Notes under the pieces: model-generated
Databases searched by the model: none
What the model was told of the DNA's origin: nothing
The model's input: the letters and a program-made list of their open reading frames with translations, nothing else
Part shown: positions 47,573-58,826 of the stretch, piece after piece
Numbering within the stretch: position 1 is the first letter of the stretch
Layout: each line of letters begins with the position of its first letter
Assembly (NCBI GenBank): GCA_965246715.1
Contig: CBDFFH010000034.1
Coordinates: forward strand, 64,001-128,000
From: Chamaesiphon sp.
GTDB lineage: Bacteria; Cyanobacteriota; Cyanobacteriia; Cyanobacteriales; Chamaesiphonaceae
DNA: 64,000 bases
Direction of reading: 5' to 3'
Made by a program: the position numbers and the translations under genes

Positions 47573-50500
47573 TTATTGCTTCACCTTCTGCGGACAGGCA
47601 ATGCTAGTCCCCGTCGGCTGTCCCTCACTCCCCGCAGCAATCAGGGTAACTTTTCCCTTACCATCAAATACCCAACCCACTGCTGGAGGTGCTAGCTTGA
47701 CGGGATTAGTTGTCGCATTACTCACTGTTTGCTGGCTGCTGGCAGCGCGGGTATCTTGCCAAATGACATCACTAGTCAGTGGATCGTTCGCATTCGGTGG
47801 TAGTCCACCGCGCCCCGCCACAGTTAATTTATTCTCGCGGTTGCCAGCACTACAGGCTTGCGAGATCTGATTGCTGGCATCGGTAGGTACCTTCGGAAGT
47901 TCGGTACTGTCTTTGCCTGGATCTGTACCTGGGGTGGTGATATTGACTGTGCCATTTTGTCCGAAGGTGGAACTGGCAGTAATATCATTGGTAAATGGCG
48001 ATCCTATGAGGCGATATTGGATGCCAAATAAACCTTGACTGTCGATCTTGACATTACCACCATTACCCCCATTAGCATTAGCGTTAATATCATTATTACC
48101 TGGAGGGGCAATAATTAAGGGGCTACTAATGGTGATATTGCCACCATTCCCATTTCCACCGTTGGAGCCAGATTCACTCGAAATAGCACTATTATTTCGC
48201 ATCAACAGCTTGTCGCCAAGGAAGATGCTAATATCGCCCCCCGTCGCAGTACTCCCAAACGATGTAACAGCACCCTGATTTAGTAGCAGCAATCGATCGC
48301 CAGTAATCGAGATATTGCCAGCTTGTCCCGTACTCAGGCTACTAGTCGTTACTAGAGAAACGTTGTTAAGTTGAATCGATCCTTGGACGTTGAGATTAAT
48401 ATCGCCTGCTTTACCAGTCCCCTCTACTTTCGTCGTTTGGGATGTAATAGTGGCAATAGAACTATTGTTAGATAATTCTATTTCCCGTGCGGTAATATTA
48501 ATACCTTTACTATTACCTACTCCAGTTGGAGCGATTGCACTAATAATTGCTCCTCGATCGACAAGCAACTTACCCTGAGTATCAAGGGTGATTTTACCCG
48601 TATCACCCCGTCCAGAAGTACTACTATTAATCAAAGATCTATCTGAAGTTTTGGGGTTAATTGATGATGAATTATATCCAGATATCTTAATGTCTCCATT
48701 AGTTTTGATATTAATATCTCCCGCATTCCCTTGAGCAGATTGTAACGTACTAGTGGCAATGAAACTATTGTTAGCTAGTTCTATTTCTCGTGCGGTAATA
48801 TTAATACCTTTACTATTACCTACTGCATTTTCAGCGATCGAACTAGAAATGCTCCCATTATTAACAAGAGATAGCTTACCCTGAGTACCGATCGTAATTT
48901 TACCCGTATCACCCCGTCCAGACGTATCACTATTGATAGCTGATTTATTTGAAGTAGTGGGATTAATGGACGATAGATCGAATCCAGAGATCTTAATATT
49001 TCCTGTCGTTTTAATATTAATATCACCAGTATTACCTTGGCTATTTGGCGATGAACTTGTGTAAATAAGACTACGATTAGCTATTTCTAACTCTCGCGCA
49101 GTGATATTAATACCTTTGCTATTGCCGACTGCATTTTCAGCGATCGAATTACTAATCACTCCATTATTAACAAGAGATAGCTTACCCTGCGTATCGATCG
49201 TAATTTTACCTGCATCACCTTGTCCTGAAGTATTACTACTGATTCCCGACAGGACGGAACTAGTGGACGATGGATCGAATCCAGATATCTTAATATCTCC
49301 TGTCGTTTTAATATTAATATCACCAGTATTACCTTGGCTATTTGGCAATGAGTTTGTAAAAATAGTACTACTATTAGCTAGTTCCAATTCGCGGGCAGTG
49401 ATATTAATACCTTTGCTATTGCCGACTGCGTTTGAATTAATTGCACTACTAATCACCCCATTATTAGCAAGAGATAGCTTACCCTGAGTATCGATCGTAA
49501 TTTTACCCGTATCACCTTGCCCAGACGTATTACTAGTGATTTGCGATAGGACGGAATTAGTGGACGATGGATTGTATCCAGATATCTTAATATCTCCTGT
49601 CGTTTTGATATTTATATCTCCGGCATTCCCTTTACCATCCACTCGATTTGCTTGTGATGTGTTTGTAGCAATATAACCGCCATTAGCTAGTTCCAATTCG
49701 CGGGCAGTGATATTAATACCTTTGCTATTGCCGACTGCGTTTGAATTAATTGAACTACTAATCACCCCATTATTAACAAGAGATAGCTTGCCCTGAGTAT
49801 CGATCGTGATTTTACCCGCATCACCCTGTCCAGATGTATCACTAGTGATTTGCGATATGACGGAACTAGTGGACGATGGATCGGCTCCAGAGATCTTAAT
49901 ATCTCCAGTGGTTTTAATATTAATATCTCCCGCATTCCCTTGATCATTTAGATTGTCACTGAAAATAATGCTGTTATTATTGACAGCTAAACCGCCATTA
50001 ACGGTAATACCAATATTTCCAGCATTACCCTTTCCAATTGTTGCTGTTGATATATTCGAGTTAGTGACAGCTAAATTGCCATTAACTATAAAGCTAAGAT
50101 TTCCAGCATTACCCGTTCCTGCTGTTGCGGTTGATATACCAGAGTTGATAATATCTAAAGTACCAGCCTGAATTTTAATATCGCCAATACTCCCTTCAGC
50201 TCCAGAGCGCAAAGTATTCTTAATAGTCGAGTTATTCAGACTAACTTTACCTGTGGCATCGATATTAATATTTCCGCCAGGTTTGGTTTGCACTCCCGAA
50301 TTTGTGTCCAAACCTGCATCGATCGCGGTAAGTAGGGTACTTGAGTTTGCACCTGCGTTGAGCAAATCGAGATTATTAGCACTAATATTAATGCTACTAC
50401 CATTAGAAGTAGCATTATTGAAAAATGTATTAACGGTATCTAGAGTGCCTGTGGCACGAACTGTTATTCCCGCTCCATTAGTCAACAAGACATCACTGTG

Positions 50501-51256
50501 TTGCAATCCAGTGCCACCGAATACCAAGCCATTATTATCGAGAGTAATGCTACCAGCACCCTTCAATCCCCCAATATCTATCCGTCCCCCAGGCGCGATA
50601 ATTTTACCACCGCCCGTACTGCCGTCGAGGGTGACATTGCCACCGAGCAAACCGATGTATTGACTGTTATTCGGAGTTTGGAGCGTCCCAAAATTGCTAA
50701 TCGCGCCATTGCCCCCACCCAGATTTAAGCGAGAGACATCAAACAACACATTTGGCGAGATACTCAATAACGGTGCATCACCATTCGGATTAGTCCCAAA
50801 CGTAATCTTGCTGCCGCCAGCGACTAAATCGATACTATTGGCAGTACTCCCCACAAATGCTTTACCGACATTTAACTGAGCATTTGTCCCAAAGGTGATG
50901 CCATTGGGATTAATCAAAAAGAAATTCGCGCCATTGCTATTGACTGTCCCATTAATATCCGAAAATAAATTCCCCGTCACGCGGGTGATAATATCCCGAT
51001 TGCCGACTGGATTGATAAAATTAGCCTGTCCGTTCGTCGGTACAGAAAAATCGGTAAAGCTCTGAAATAGCGTTTGTCCCGTCCTCACGCCACCTGTAAT
51101 CGTAAAGTTGTTACCACTCCCCGATACTTGAGTGCCGAGGGTTTTATCGGCTACCGGAATTCGATTAGATGGTTGATAGGTTTGAGCATGGGTAGTTTGG
51201 GTGGTGAGAACTAGACCGATGAGCGTGAGGAAGGACGGCAAAAATTTAGTTTTCAT
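47573..51256 (-). CDS. Filamentous haemagglutinin N-terminal domain exoprotein (TpsA-like)
   Basis: Signal peptide, LFQSF.DFSV, FFLINPNGITFG, beta-helix repeats, C-terminal GRGGLPP. Confidence 0.9.
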   Translation of the reverse strand: MKTKFLPSFLTLIGLVLTTQTTHAQTYQPSNRIPVADKTLGTQVSGSGNNFTITGGVRTGQTLFQSFTDFSVPTNGQANFINPVGNRDIITRVTGNLFSDINGTVNSNGANFFLINPNGITFGTNAQLNVGKAFVGSTANSIDLVAGGSKITFGTNPNGDAPLLSISPNVLFDVSRLNLGGGNGAISNFGTLQTPNNSQYIGLLGGNVTLDGSTGGGKIIAPGGRIDIGGLKGAGSITLDNNGLVFGGTGLQHSDVLLTNGAGITVRATGTLDTVNTFFNNATSNGSSINISANNLDLLNAGANSSTLLTAIDAGLDTNSGVQTKPGGNINIDATGKVSLNNSTIKNTLRSGAEGSIGDIKIQAGTLDIINSGISTATAGTGNAGNLSFIVNGNLAVTNSNISTATIGKGNAGNIGITVNGGLAVNNNSIIFSDNLNDQGNAGDINIKTTGDIKISGADPSSTSSVISQITSDTSGQGDAGKITIDTQGKLSLVNNGVISSSINSNAVGNSKGINITARELELANGGYIATNTSQANRVDGKGNAGDINIKTTGDIKISGYNPSSTNSVLSQITSNTSGQGDTGKITIDTQGKLSLANNGVISSAINSNAVGNSKGINITARELELANSSTIFTNSLPNSQGNTGDINIKTTGDIKISGFDPSSTSSVLSGISSNTSGQGDAGKITIDTQGKLSLVNNGVISNSIAENAVGNSKGINITARELEIANRSLIYTSSSPNSQGNTGDINIKTTGNIKISGFDLSSINPTTSNKSAINSDTSGRGDTGKITIGTQGKLSLVNNGSISSSIAENAVGNSKGINITAREIELANNSFIATSTLQSAQGNAGDINIKTNGDIKISGYNSSSINPKTSDRSLINSSTSGRGDTGKITLDTQGKLLVDRGAIISAIAPTGVGNSKGINITAREIELSNNSSIATITSQTTKVEGTGKAGDINLNVQGSIQLNNVSLVTTSSLSTGQAGNISITGDRLLLLNQGAVTSFGSTATGGDISIFLGDKLLMRNNSAISSESGSNGGNGNGGNITISSPLIIAPPGNNDINANANGGNGGNVKIDSQGLFGIQYRLIGSPFTNDITASSTFGQNGTVNITTPGTDPGKDSTELPKVPTDASNQISQACSAGNRENKLTVAGRGGLPPNANDPLTSDVIWQDTRAASSQQTVSNATTNPVKLAPPAVGWVFDGKGKVTLIAAGSEGQPTGTSIACPQKVKQ
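48400..49950 (-). repeat. About five intragenic tandem repeats of 75-80 codons
   Basis: GDINIKTTGDIKISG...GKITIDTQGKLSL...AVGNSKGINITARELELAN recurs with high DNA identity; boundaries approximate. Confidence 0.85.
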
Positions 51257-51330
51257 CGTAGTAGTGTAAACGGAGATTGTGCTGGACTGAGGAAATGGGA
51301 AACTCGGTATTTATCTATTTCTAAAGCTAT

Positions 51331-53733
51331 TTATTGCCAATTACCAACCAAGACAAATGGTGCCCAAAAGTAGGGAGAGCGATATTTAGGATTGCGGAGC
51401 AGAGCTTGTTGCGCCTGTCGCAACGATTCGCCTTTTCTCAGATTTTTATTGGCTAGATTTTGGTAAAGATTAATCATCAAATCTTGAGTAGACTCGTCAT
51501 CAACCCGCCATAAGGAAGCGATCGTACTTTTGGCTCTCGCCCTGACAGCTACGCCTGCCAAACCTAATGTAGCACGGTTGTCTCCAGTGGCTGTTTCACA
51601 AGCACTCAATACCAATAAATCGATCGCATTACCAGCGCGAGTGCCGCGATCCTTGAGCAGATTGCTAAATTGGTCGAGATTGAGTCGATCGTTCCAAGTT
51701 AAAATATAAGTATCTTCAGCTTTAGAACTAAACTGTCCATGCGTGGCAAAATGGACGATCGGGGCATTACTAGCAACTAAATTAGTAGAAACAAGTTTAT
51801 TATTAAATTGTTCGTTAAACAGTGTTTGATGGGGCAATAACCGTCCGATCGATTCGATTTCTGCTTTGGTATTTGGTAAAGCCGAAAATTTTTGATTGCT
51901 TTCAGAGATACCACCTAATAAAGCTTGCGATCGAATTCGATCTGTCGGATTTTGGGGTGGAACTAGCTGCAAGCCTGGTGTTAACGCTAGATTATAACTC
52001 TCGACTAAATATTTATTGCCATCATACAATACTGACATCGGAATATTGCGGAAGGCTCCATCTAAAACAAAGACTAAAGTTTTAGTTTGGGCGGCGGCGA
52101 GATCTCCCGCGAGAGGAGCGAGGAGGAGAGCGTAGATTTGTTGGGACTGTTGTTTGAAGGCTTTTTCTTGCTGCGGATTAAAACTAGGAACTTGAATTTT
52201 GCTTTGCAGTCCAGCTACAGTTTCTTCGACTGTTGTTGCAGCTATTTTTTGACTATAATAACGCAGTGGTTGTCCAGGAATAGATGCAATTGTAGCAACT
52301 CGATCGGGTAAAATAATTGGATAAATTACTGCTGCCGATCGATCGATTTTATCTAGTTGGACGGTATATGTATCCAAACAACCTTGACGCAGAAAATTTT
52401 CTAATTCGGCTACTTGTAGTGATTCGATCGTCTCGCGAACATTGGCTAAATTCTCTTCAGATATTTTCTTACCATCTCTTAATAAAAGGTTGACATATTC
52501 CCGATAGACTGGTTCGACGCTATCGCGAAAGGAAAATTGGAGATCGGCATCGATCGCATTGAGATCGTTGCGGAGTAATTTGAGATGATTAATTGCTTGA
52601 CGATAAGCTGAAGTTGCAGTTTCCAGATCGAGATCTCTAGGATTGCTAGCGGTAATAATTTTACCCAGTTGCCAATCGAGCCGATAGGCAAGATCTGGAG
52701 CTGGCAGATTTTCAGCAATTACTAGTGCTTTTTGAGTTAAATTCTTGGCTTCTGCATTTTGACCTGTTAAGGCATATAGACTACCCAAAGAGCCGACGGC
52801 TTGAGCTTCGCCGCGCAGATCTTTAATGATTCTAGCTTGCTCGATCGCAGTAGTCAATAGTCGCGCAACTGGCATTAATATCTCTCGATCGACAGTGCCA
52901 GTTTCTTGATTATTCTTGATAGTTTCTGCTAAATTAATATAAGCATAAATCGTACTGCGACTAGGCGCGATCGAGTCTAAAGTCTTTCGAGTATCCGTTA
53001 AGAATGTCAGCGTATTCGGTGCAGTTTTCTGGGTTGACTGAGTTCGATATAAATTAATCTGAGCCTGGATTCTAACTAGTGGTACAGCATTTGGCGCAAT
53101 CTTTTGATAAGTATCGATCGCTGCTTGTTCTTGTTCCGCACCGCCGATGAGATTGAGCGTCGTTCCCAAGCTTAAATTAATGCGATCGATCGCCGCTCGA
53201 TCTTGAAGCGATGTGGCAATCTTGAGGGATTGAGTCAGCGTTTCCTTCGCACCTAAAGTGATACCTTGATTATTGGTATTTGTCGTTTTTTGTTCGAGCA
53301 ATCTGAGGGCGCGGAGTGAGTTACCCAGTCCGAGTAAGCCCTGCATTTTCAGCTCTGAATCTGGTTGCTGCTGGAGACTAGTATTAACTTCTTGTAAAGT
53401 TAATGCTGCTTGTCGATAAAATCCTAGCGATTGGAGAGCTTGAGCCTGGTTAATTTTAGTACCGATGATACCTTTAGCATCTTTAATTCGGGTATAAAGT
53501 TGATGCGCTGCTTGCCAATCTGCCAATGCTCGATCGGGTTTACCTGCTGCTAAAAATTCGCCACCGCGTTGATTTAATGTTTGAGCGGCTGTCAGGAGCG
53601 GATTGTTATTAGAATTTACCGTGTTATTTTCAGCAGTTGCAGTTGTGGCAGTAGGAAGATTATTCGCAGTTACGGGCAATATTGTCAGGATACTGAATAA
53701 GAGAATCGATCTATATATGTTGAGGTAATTCAT
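51331..53733 (-). CDS. TPR-CHAT domain protein (caspase-like protease)
   Basis: TPR-like helices; VHFATHGQF and LVLSACETA catalytic His/Cys; ASLWRVDD; PYFWAPFVLVGNW. Confidence 0.92.
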   Translation of the reverse strand: MNYLNIYRSILLFSILTILPVTANNLPTATTATAENNTVNSNNNPLLTAAQTLNQRGGEFLAAGKPDRALADWQAAHQLYTRIKDAKGIIGTKINQAQALQSLGFYRQAALTLQEVNTSLQQQPDSELKMQGLLGLGNSLRALRLLEQKTTNTNNQGITLGAKETLTQSLKIATSLQDRAAIDRINLSLGTTLNLIGGAEQEQAAIDTYQKIAPNAVPLVRIQAQINLYRTQSTQKTAPNTLTFLTDTRKTLDSIAPSRSTIYAYINLAETIKNNQETGTVDREILMPVARLLTTAIEQARIIKDLRGEAQAVGSLGSLYALTGQNAEAKNLTQKALVIAENLPAPDLAYRLDWQLGKIITASNPRDLDLETATSAYRQAINHLKLLRNDLNAIDADLQFSFRDSVEPVYREYVNLLLRDGKKISEENLANVRETIESLQVAELENFLRQGCLDTYTVQLDKIDRSAAVIYPIILPDRVATIASIPGQPLRYYSQKIAATTVEETVAGLQSKIQVPSFNPQQEKAFKQQSQQIYALLLAPLAGDLAAAQTKTLVFVLDGAFRNIPMSVLYDGNKYLVESYNLALTPGLQLVPPQNPTDRIRSQALLGGISESNQKFSALPNTKAEIESIGRLLPHQTLFNEQFNNKLVSTNLVASNAPIVHFATHGQFSSKAEDTYILTWNDRLNLDQFSNLLKDRGTRAGNAIDLLVLSACETATGDNRATLGLAGVAVRARAKSTIASLWRVDDESTQDLMINLYQNLANKNLRKGESLRQAQQALLRNPKYRSPYFWAPFVLVGNWQ

Positions 53734-53903
53734 ACATTTGAAGTTATTTAAATTCGATCGAGCTGATTAAAAATATTGGCGATCGGCGTAGATCTGAGGG
53801 TACCCAGAAAGGGCACCCCTACCCAATTAATCTGTAGGGGTACCCTAACAATCTCTGCTATTACTAATATCTCCATATTGGTGCAAGATGTGAACAAACA
53901 TAT

Positions 53904-55712
53904 TTAAAACGATCGATTGTAATTGAGCGAAAAATAAAATCCGTTTTCTTGACCAGTGCGCTTAATCGTATCGATCGATTTAAACGGAATCCCATAATCT
54001 AGTCTGGCACTGAAATTATCCCCACCTTGATAGCGCAATCCTAGTCCACCAGAAGCGATCGTACTGGGGTTCGGATTGGGACTGGGGTTATTTGGTTGAT
54101 TCCAGCCCAAACCAAAATCCAAAAAGGGGACGATTTGCAATATTTGCTTGCTTTCTGGCGGCGTGAAAATCGGGAATCGCACTTCCGCACTAGCGATAAT
54201 CCCGTTATCTGCGAGTAATAAATCCTGACGATAGCCGCGCACGGTATCTTGTCCCCCCAAGCCAATTTGTTCGAGAGCGAGTAAGGGTCGATCTGCTAGT
54301 TGAGTTTCTAATTTGAATAGGAAGATACTATTGGGAGCCAAAGCCCGAACGTACTGAGCCTGTCCGCGCCAACTCAAAAATTGACTATCTGGCGAACTGG
54401 AATTGGTGGTCGCACCGAGCGCATTTACGCCCAGACTAACTTGCGATCGTAATGCGAAAACTTGCTGGGTATCCTTAACTGTATAATCCTGGAAAAAACG
54501 CGCTGCTGTCACCCTCGTCAAGCCATTAGCATCCGCACCAGGCGTGGGATATGCGATCCGTTCGCCGATGACGGAGAAGAGATAGCCCGTATTCGTCTCG
54601 CGCCGAGCTACTGTGACTCCCAGCGCAAATTCTTGGGATGGCGTTTGAACGATCGGTTGGCGATAAGTCAACCCAAAATCTTGCCCATTACTATTGATAT
54701 CCAACCGATCGAATGGTGATTCGATTACCCGACTCGCAGAGTTACTATATTGAAAGCGGAGTGTCCCATTGCGCGGATTTAGTGGCAAAGTATAGTTAAA
54801 ATCAAAGGCGCTACTCGCCTCACTTTTGCCATAGGCGATCCCAATTCCATCACCCACACCCGTCAGATTATTCTGGGATGCAGAGACTTGGGCTTGAATT
54901 TCGCCCACACTCGGAGTCCGATTATTGGCAATATTGATGCTCGTTTGCCAATTGGGAGTTTCGCTGATTTTGAGCTGGACGATGCTCGTACCAGGTTGCT
55001 GTCCGCTGACTAGTTCCGTGCTGATACTTTTAATCAGTGGATCGAGTTGCAACAGTTGTAGACTCTCGATCAATCGATCGATCTTCAGGACTTTACCCGC
55101 ACCCAGCGCGATCCGACTCTTAATATAATTGGGGTCTAATCGCCTAGTCCCAGTAACGACAATATCTTCGACCCGACCTTCAATAACTTTAATCTCGATC
55201 GTCCCACCTTGAGCATCGAAAGATTGATTACCTGGAATATAAGCCCCAGAATTGATATAGCCATTCTTGACATATAACTGAGTAATCTCGCTGGAAACTT
55301 GGAGCAGTTGGGCAAAGTCAAGAGGTTTGTTGGTATATTTTCCGGTGATTTGAGCGAGGTCGGCGGGGGTAAAGACAGTGCTACCAGTAACTTCAAAGCG
55401 TTTGATAACGATCGAGTCTGGGAGGTTAGTCGGCGCAATTGGTTGGCGGGGGAGATTTTGAGTAGGAGTGCTAGGGAGAATTTCCTGTGAGGGTGGGAGT
55501 TGAGGTTTGGGTGGTGGTTCGACGGGTTGAGGTGCAGGTCTTTGGAAATCGGGACGTGGTAGAGTTGGCGTTGCTTGGGCAAGATCTCCTTGAGTTGTTA
55601 TCTGGGGAATTGTGGCCGCAAATCCGACAGAAATATTTAGAATCAGCAATAATGCACTTGAAATTGTAGATATTATAGTAAATGAATTGAGGTTTAAAAT
55701 TGATTTAAGCAC
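53904..55712 (-). CDS. ShlB/FhaC/HecB family transporter (TpsB)
   Basis: POTRA (LYVKNGYINSGA), VRGY motif, C-terminal barrel ending in F. Confidence 0.92.
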   Translation of the reverse strand: MLKSILNLNSFTIISTISSALLLILNISVGFAATIPQITTQGDLAQATPTLPRPDFQRPAPQPVEPPPKPQLPPSQEILPSTPTQNLPRQPIAPTNLPDSIVIKRFEVTGSTVFTPADLAQITGKYTNKPLDFAQLLQVSSEITQLYVKNGYINSGAYIPGNQSFDAQGGTIEIKVIEGRVEDIVVTGTRRLDPNYIKSRIALGAGKVLKIDRLIESLQLLQLDPLIKSISTELVSGQQPGTSIVQLKISETPNWQTSINIANNRTPSVGEIQAQVSASQNNLTGVGDGIGIAYGKSEASSAFDFNYTLPLNPRNGTLRFQYSNSASRVIESPFDRLDINSNGQDFGLTYRQPIVQTPSQEFALGVTVARRETNTGYLFSVIGERIAYPTPGADANGLTRVTAARFFQDYTVKDTQQVFALRSQVSLGVNALGATTNSSSPDSQFLSWRGQAQYVRALAPNSIFLFKLETQLADRPLLALEQIGLGGQDTVRGYRQDLLLADNGIIASAEVRFPIFTPPESKQILQIVPFLDFGLGWNQPNNPSPNPNPSTIASGGLGLRYQGGDNFSARLDYGIPFKSIDTIKRTGQENGFYFSLNYNRSF

Positions 55713-56154
55713 GAGTTATTAGTTATTTGGTTGAATATTTTGCAATAAATATTATCTAAATCCCAGCTATTTGCTTATCAGATTTGGAGAATCAACACTA
55801 TTTACCATTAGTTTTCCTGGCGCTCCCACATTAACTAAAGTCTCTTTTCAACTATTAAATACCAATTTAGACTATCAAATACCAAACCCATAAATGAAAC
55901 TTTTGAACTATTTAAGTCATGCTTAACATAGTGTAGCAGGCTGTGAAAGCCCATATTACTTAATATTAAACTAATAGCGCATATTATTTATCAATTTTTA
56001 CTTACCAGAAAAAGTACGCTATTTATCGTAGTTAGTAAATTATTTGACACGAGAGATCGATTGCGACCGCTCAAGCCGTTCGGTAACTAATCTAACGTGA
56101 GTTCGGGATAAGTAAAGGAGCAGAAAAGGGGCAAATCACGTTAAAATAATTTGC

Positions 56155-57066
56155 CTAAACTCCCTCCACAGCTGCTCGTAATTGCCCATGATTTTTAGCT
56201 AATATTTCCTCAGCATGAGGTCGATCGATTTGAGTCCAGTGCATCAACAGCGCCACTTTTACCGATCGACCGCTAGCTTCCAATAGCTTCCTCGCAGCAT
56301 CGCGTTCCAACTGCGTCAGATCTTGAATCATTTGCAACGCGCGATCGAGTAACTTGGTATTGGTCACGGCAACATCCACCATCCGATTGCCATAGACCTT
56401 ACCCAACTTGACCATCGTCCCGGTTGAGAGAATATTTAACGCCATCTTGGTCACAGTGCCTGATTTTAGCCTAGTAGAACCCGATAAAATCTCTGGCCCC
56501 ACAATTAACCTAATTTCGATATCGGCATTGCTGGCGACCTGATTTGCTGGCACACAAGTCATGAAAATCGTCCCTGCACCCCGAGCTTTGGCCGCATCGA
56601 TCGCGCCATGCACGTAAGGAGTCGTACCACCAGCTGCAGTCCCCACCACCACATCATGTTTGCCGATCTGCCGATCGACCATTGCTTGGGCACCATCGCT
56701 AGCAATATCTTCTAAACCTTCCGAGCTTTTCACCAATGCCCCCGCACCACCTGCGAGAATTCCTTGTACCAGCTCCGGCGGCGTGCAAAACGTGGGTGGA
56801 CATTCCGCCGCATCGAGTACGCCCAAACGACCGCTAGTGCCCGCCCCGATATAAAACAATCGACCCCCCTGACGCAGCGAGTCGGCAATAAAATCGATCG
56901 ATTTGGCTAATTCCGCTCTAGCACTGGCGATCGCATTTAGAGTATTTACATCTTCTTTGTTAAATAAATCTACCAGTTCCAAACTGCTGAGTCGATCGAG
57001 ATTGGCACTATTGACATTTACCTGTTCGGTTAATAAATGCCCCCTGGTGTGTAGATTATTTGTCAT
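56155..57066 (-). CDS. murQ: N-acetylmuramic acid 6-phosphate etherase
   Basis: GAGTSGRLGVLDAAECPPTF, GPEILSGSTRLKSGT, GKVYGNRMVD. Confidence 0.96.
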   Translation of the reverse strand: MTNNLHTRGHLLTEQVNVNSANLDRLSSLELVDLFNKEDVNTLNAIASARAELAKSIDFIADSLRQGGRLFYIGAGTSGRLGVLDAAECPPTFCTPPELVQGILAGGAGALVKSSEGLEDIASDGAQAMVDRQIGKHDVVVGTAAGGTTPYVHGAIDAAKARGAGTIFMTCVPANQVASNADIEIRLIVGPEILSGSTRLKSGTVTKMALNILSTGTMVKLGKVYGNRMVDVAVTNTKLLDRALQMIQDLTQLERDAARKLLEASGRSVKVALLMHWTQIDRPHAEEILAKNHGQLRAAVEGV

Positions 57067-57119
57067 TTCTGCTTTAAATTCCCCTTCTCGGAGGGGTTAA
57101 GTATAAGTTCTGGCTATGT

Positions 57120-57494
57120 TTATAACAATCTTTCCAAGCGTTTGCGCATGGCATCGAGATCGATACTCTCCTCTTCTGTCTCAACTTGCGGTTGCTTCCG
57201 TCCCTCTGGTTGCCAATCGGTTTCTTCGATATTCTGCGATGGTGGTGTTACCAGCATTTCCGCAGTCACAAGGATGCAATCATAGTCGGACTCTTGACAA
57301 AATTCTTCGATCTCTTCGGGATCGATGCCTTCAACAGTCGGTTTGGGGAAGTCTTCAGCCTCCAATTGATCGGCATAGCGCACCGCGTCATCTTCTTGCT
57401 CGAACATTAAAATCACATTGCGATCGCCAACTTGGGTGGAATAAATTCCCTCATTGTCGGTGCGAGCATTAAATAATAAGACAAATACACTCAT
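57120..57494 (-). CDS. DUF3110 family protein
   Basis: VFVLLFNARTDNEGIY, FEQEDDAVRYA..LEA.DFP, RKRLERLL; start ATG 57494. Confidence 0.85.
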   Translation of the reverse strand: MSVFVLLFNARTDNEGIYSTQVGDRNVILMFEQEDDAVRYADQLEAEDFPKPTVEGIDPEEIEEFCQESDYDCILVTAEMLVTPPSQNIEETDWQPEGRKQPQVETEEESIDLDAMRKRLERLL

Positions 57495-57689
57495 AATCTC
57501 GTGCGTGTAGTATTTGGTATTTAGTGTGAATTTAAAACTATTCCCTAAACCGCAATTTCCATCATAAGCTGGAATGGCGTAATGGGGATCGATTCGACTG
57601 AGGGAATAGGGGATAGGCAAGGTAAAAACAGTACTTAATACTTACTTTAAGTAGAGCTAAGATTGTCGATCGCATCTAGCATCTAGCCA

Positions 57690-58403
57690 CTAGATGGATC
57701 TGCCATAATAAGCCTGAAGGGGATGTTGGGGATCGACTTGGTTATTCAACCACGCCCACAGTTGGTCGCCGATCGAAAAATGCCACCATTCTGCTGGATG
57801 CCGAGCAAACCCCGCATAATTCATAATTTGACATAATATTTGGCGATTGCGGTGGTATTGTTGGGCGATCGGATCGGTTGCATCGCTAAAATATGCTGGT
57901 TGCGATCTTGCCGACATTTCATCGATCGGTGAACCCATATCCACCGCCATGCCCCGCTCATCTACTAGTGTCAGATCGATCGCCGCTCCGGTACTATGTG
58001 GTGGTGGGGTGTCTAAATCGAAACTCGGAATCGCCCAAATTTGGTAAACATCTTGCCAAATTTGCTCTGTCTGCGCTGGCGATAATCGAGCCAGATCCAA
58101 GCCGCGATCGGCTACTGTGTGCTGGAATGTATAATCCACCATATATTGCTGGACTTCCACAGGACGATAGGCATCAAAGATTTGAATCTGCCACCCAGGA
58201 TGTAAGTGTTGCAATTTTTCTTGCGCTTGAATTACCCGATCGAGTACGCCCTGACGGAGATAATAAGGTGATTTTCCAGCATAATCTGCACCACATTTAA
58301 TATACGGGTGCGGCATTTCGACAGCAAATAACCGTAATGGAATGGGGACTAAAGCTTCACCACATTCTTGAATCGGAACTTGGCGGTAGGGTTTCATCTG
58401 CAT
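57690..58403 (-). CDS. D-Ala-D-Ala dipeptidase (VanX-like, M15D)
   Basis: IFDAYRP, PHSTGAAIDLTL, EWWHF. Confidence 0.9.
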   Translation of the reverse strand: MQMKPYRQVPIQECGEALVPIPLRLFAVEMPHPYIKCGADYAGKSPYYLRQGVLDRVIQAQEKLQHLHPGWQIQIFDAYRPVEVQQYMVDYTFQHTVADRGLDLARLSPAQTEQIWQDVYQIWAIPSFDLDTPPPHSTGAAIDLTLVDERGMAVDMGSPIDEMSARSQPAYFSDATDPIAQQYHRNRQILCQIMNYAGFARHPAEWWHFSIGDQLWAWLNNQVDPQHPLQAYYGRSI

Positions 58404-58405
58404 GG

Positions 58406-58681
58406 CTAGTGATGACGATCGCAGGGCGGATGCTCTTCATCAACGATCTTACTACTACGATCGCCAGAAATCTCCGGTACGGGATCGTAGCCGCCAGGAT
58501 GGAAGGGATTGCACCGGAGAATCCGCATGATGGCGCGATAACTACCAGAGATCGCACCAAACCTGTCGATCGACTCGATCGCATATTGAGAGCAAGTCGG
58601 CATAAATCTACAACTAGGCGGAAATAACGGCGAAATAAACTTACGATATCCCTGTACCAACCAGATTAATAGCTTTTTCAT
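58406..58681 (-). CDS. yidD: Membrane protein insertion efficiency factor YidD
   Basis: [35 protein letters not shown]. Confidence 0.95.
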   Translation of the reverse strand: MKKLLIWLVQGYRKFISPLFPPSCRFMPTCSQYAIESIDRFGAISGSYRAIMRILRCNPFHPGGYDPVPEISGDRSSKIVDEEHPPCDRHH

Positions 58682-58826
58682 ATCACTATTTTAGTCTAAC
58701 GATCGTTCCTACCGCTACCTAATATTGTCGAGTAGGCAGTGTCCAGCTTCAGGGTTTGAGTCTAATCCTAACTAGCGAATTTTTGTGTGGATTAATTACT
58801 ATTGTTATTGAGCAATTTGGGTCTGA

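Noticed and set aside
47601..50879. Multiple plus-strand ORFs antisense to the TpsA gene
   Set aside because: Shadow ORFs of a repetitive coding sequence
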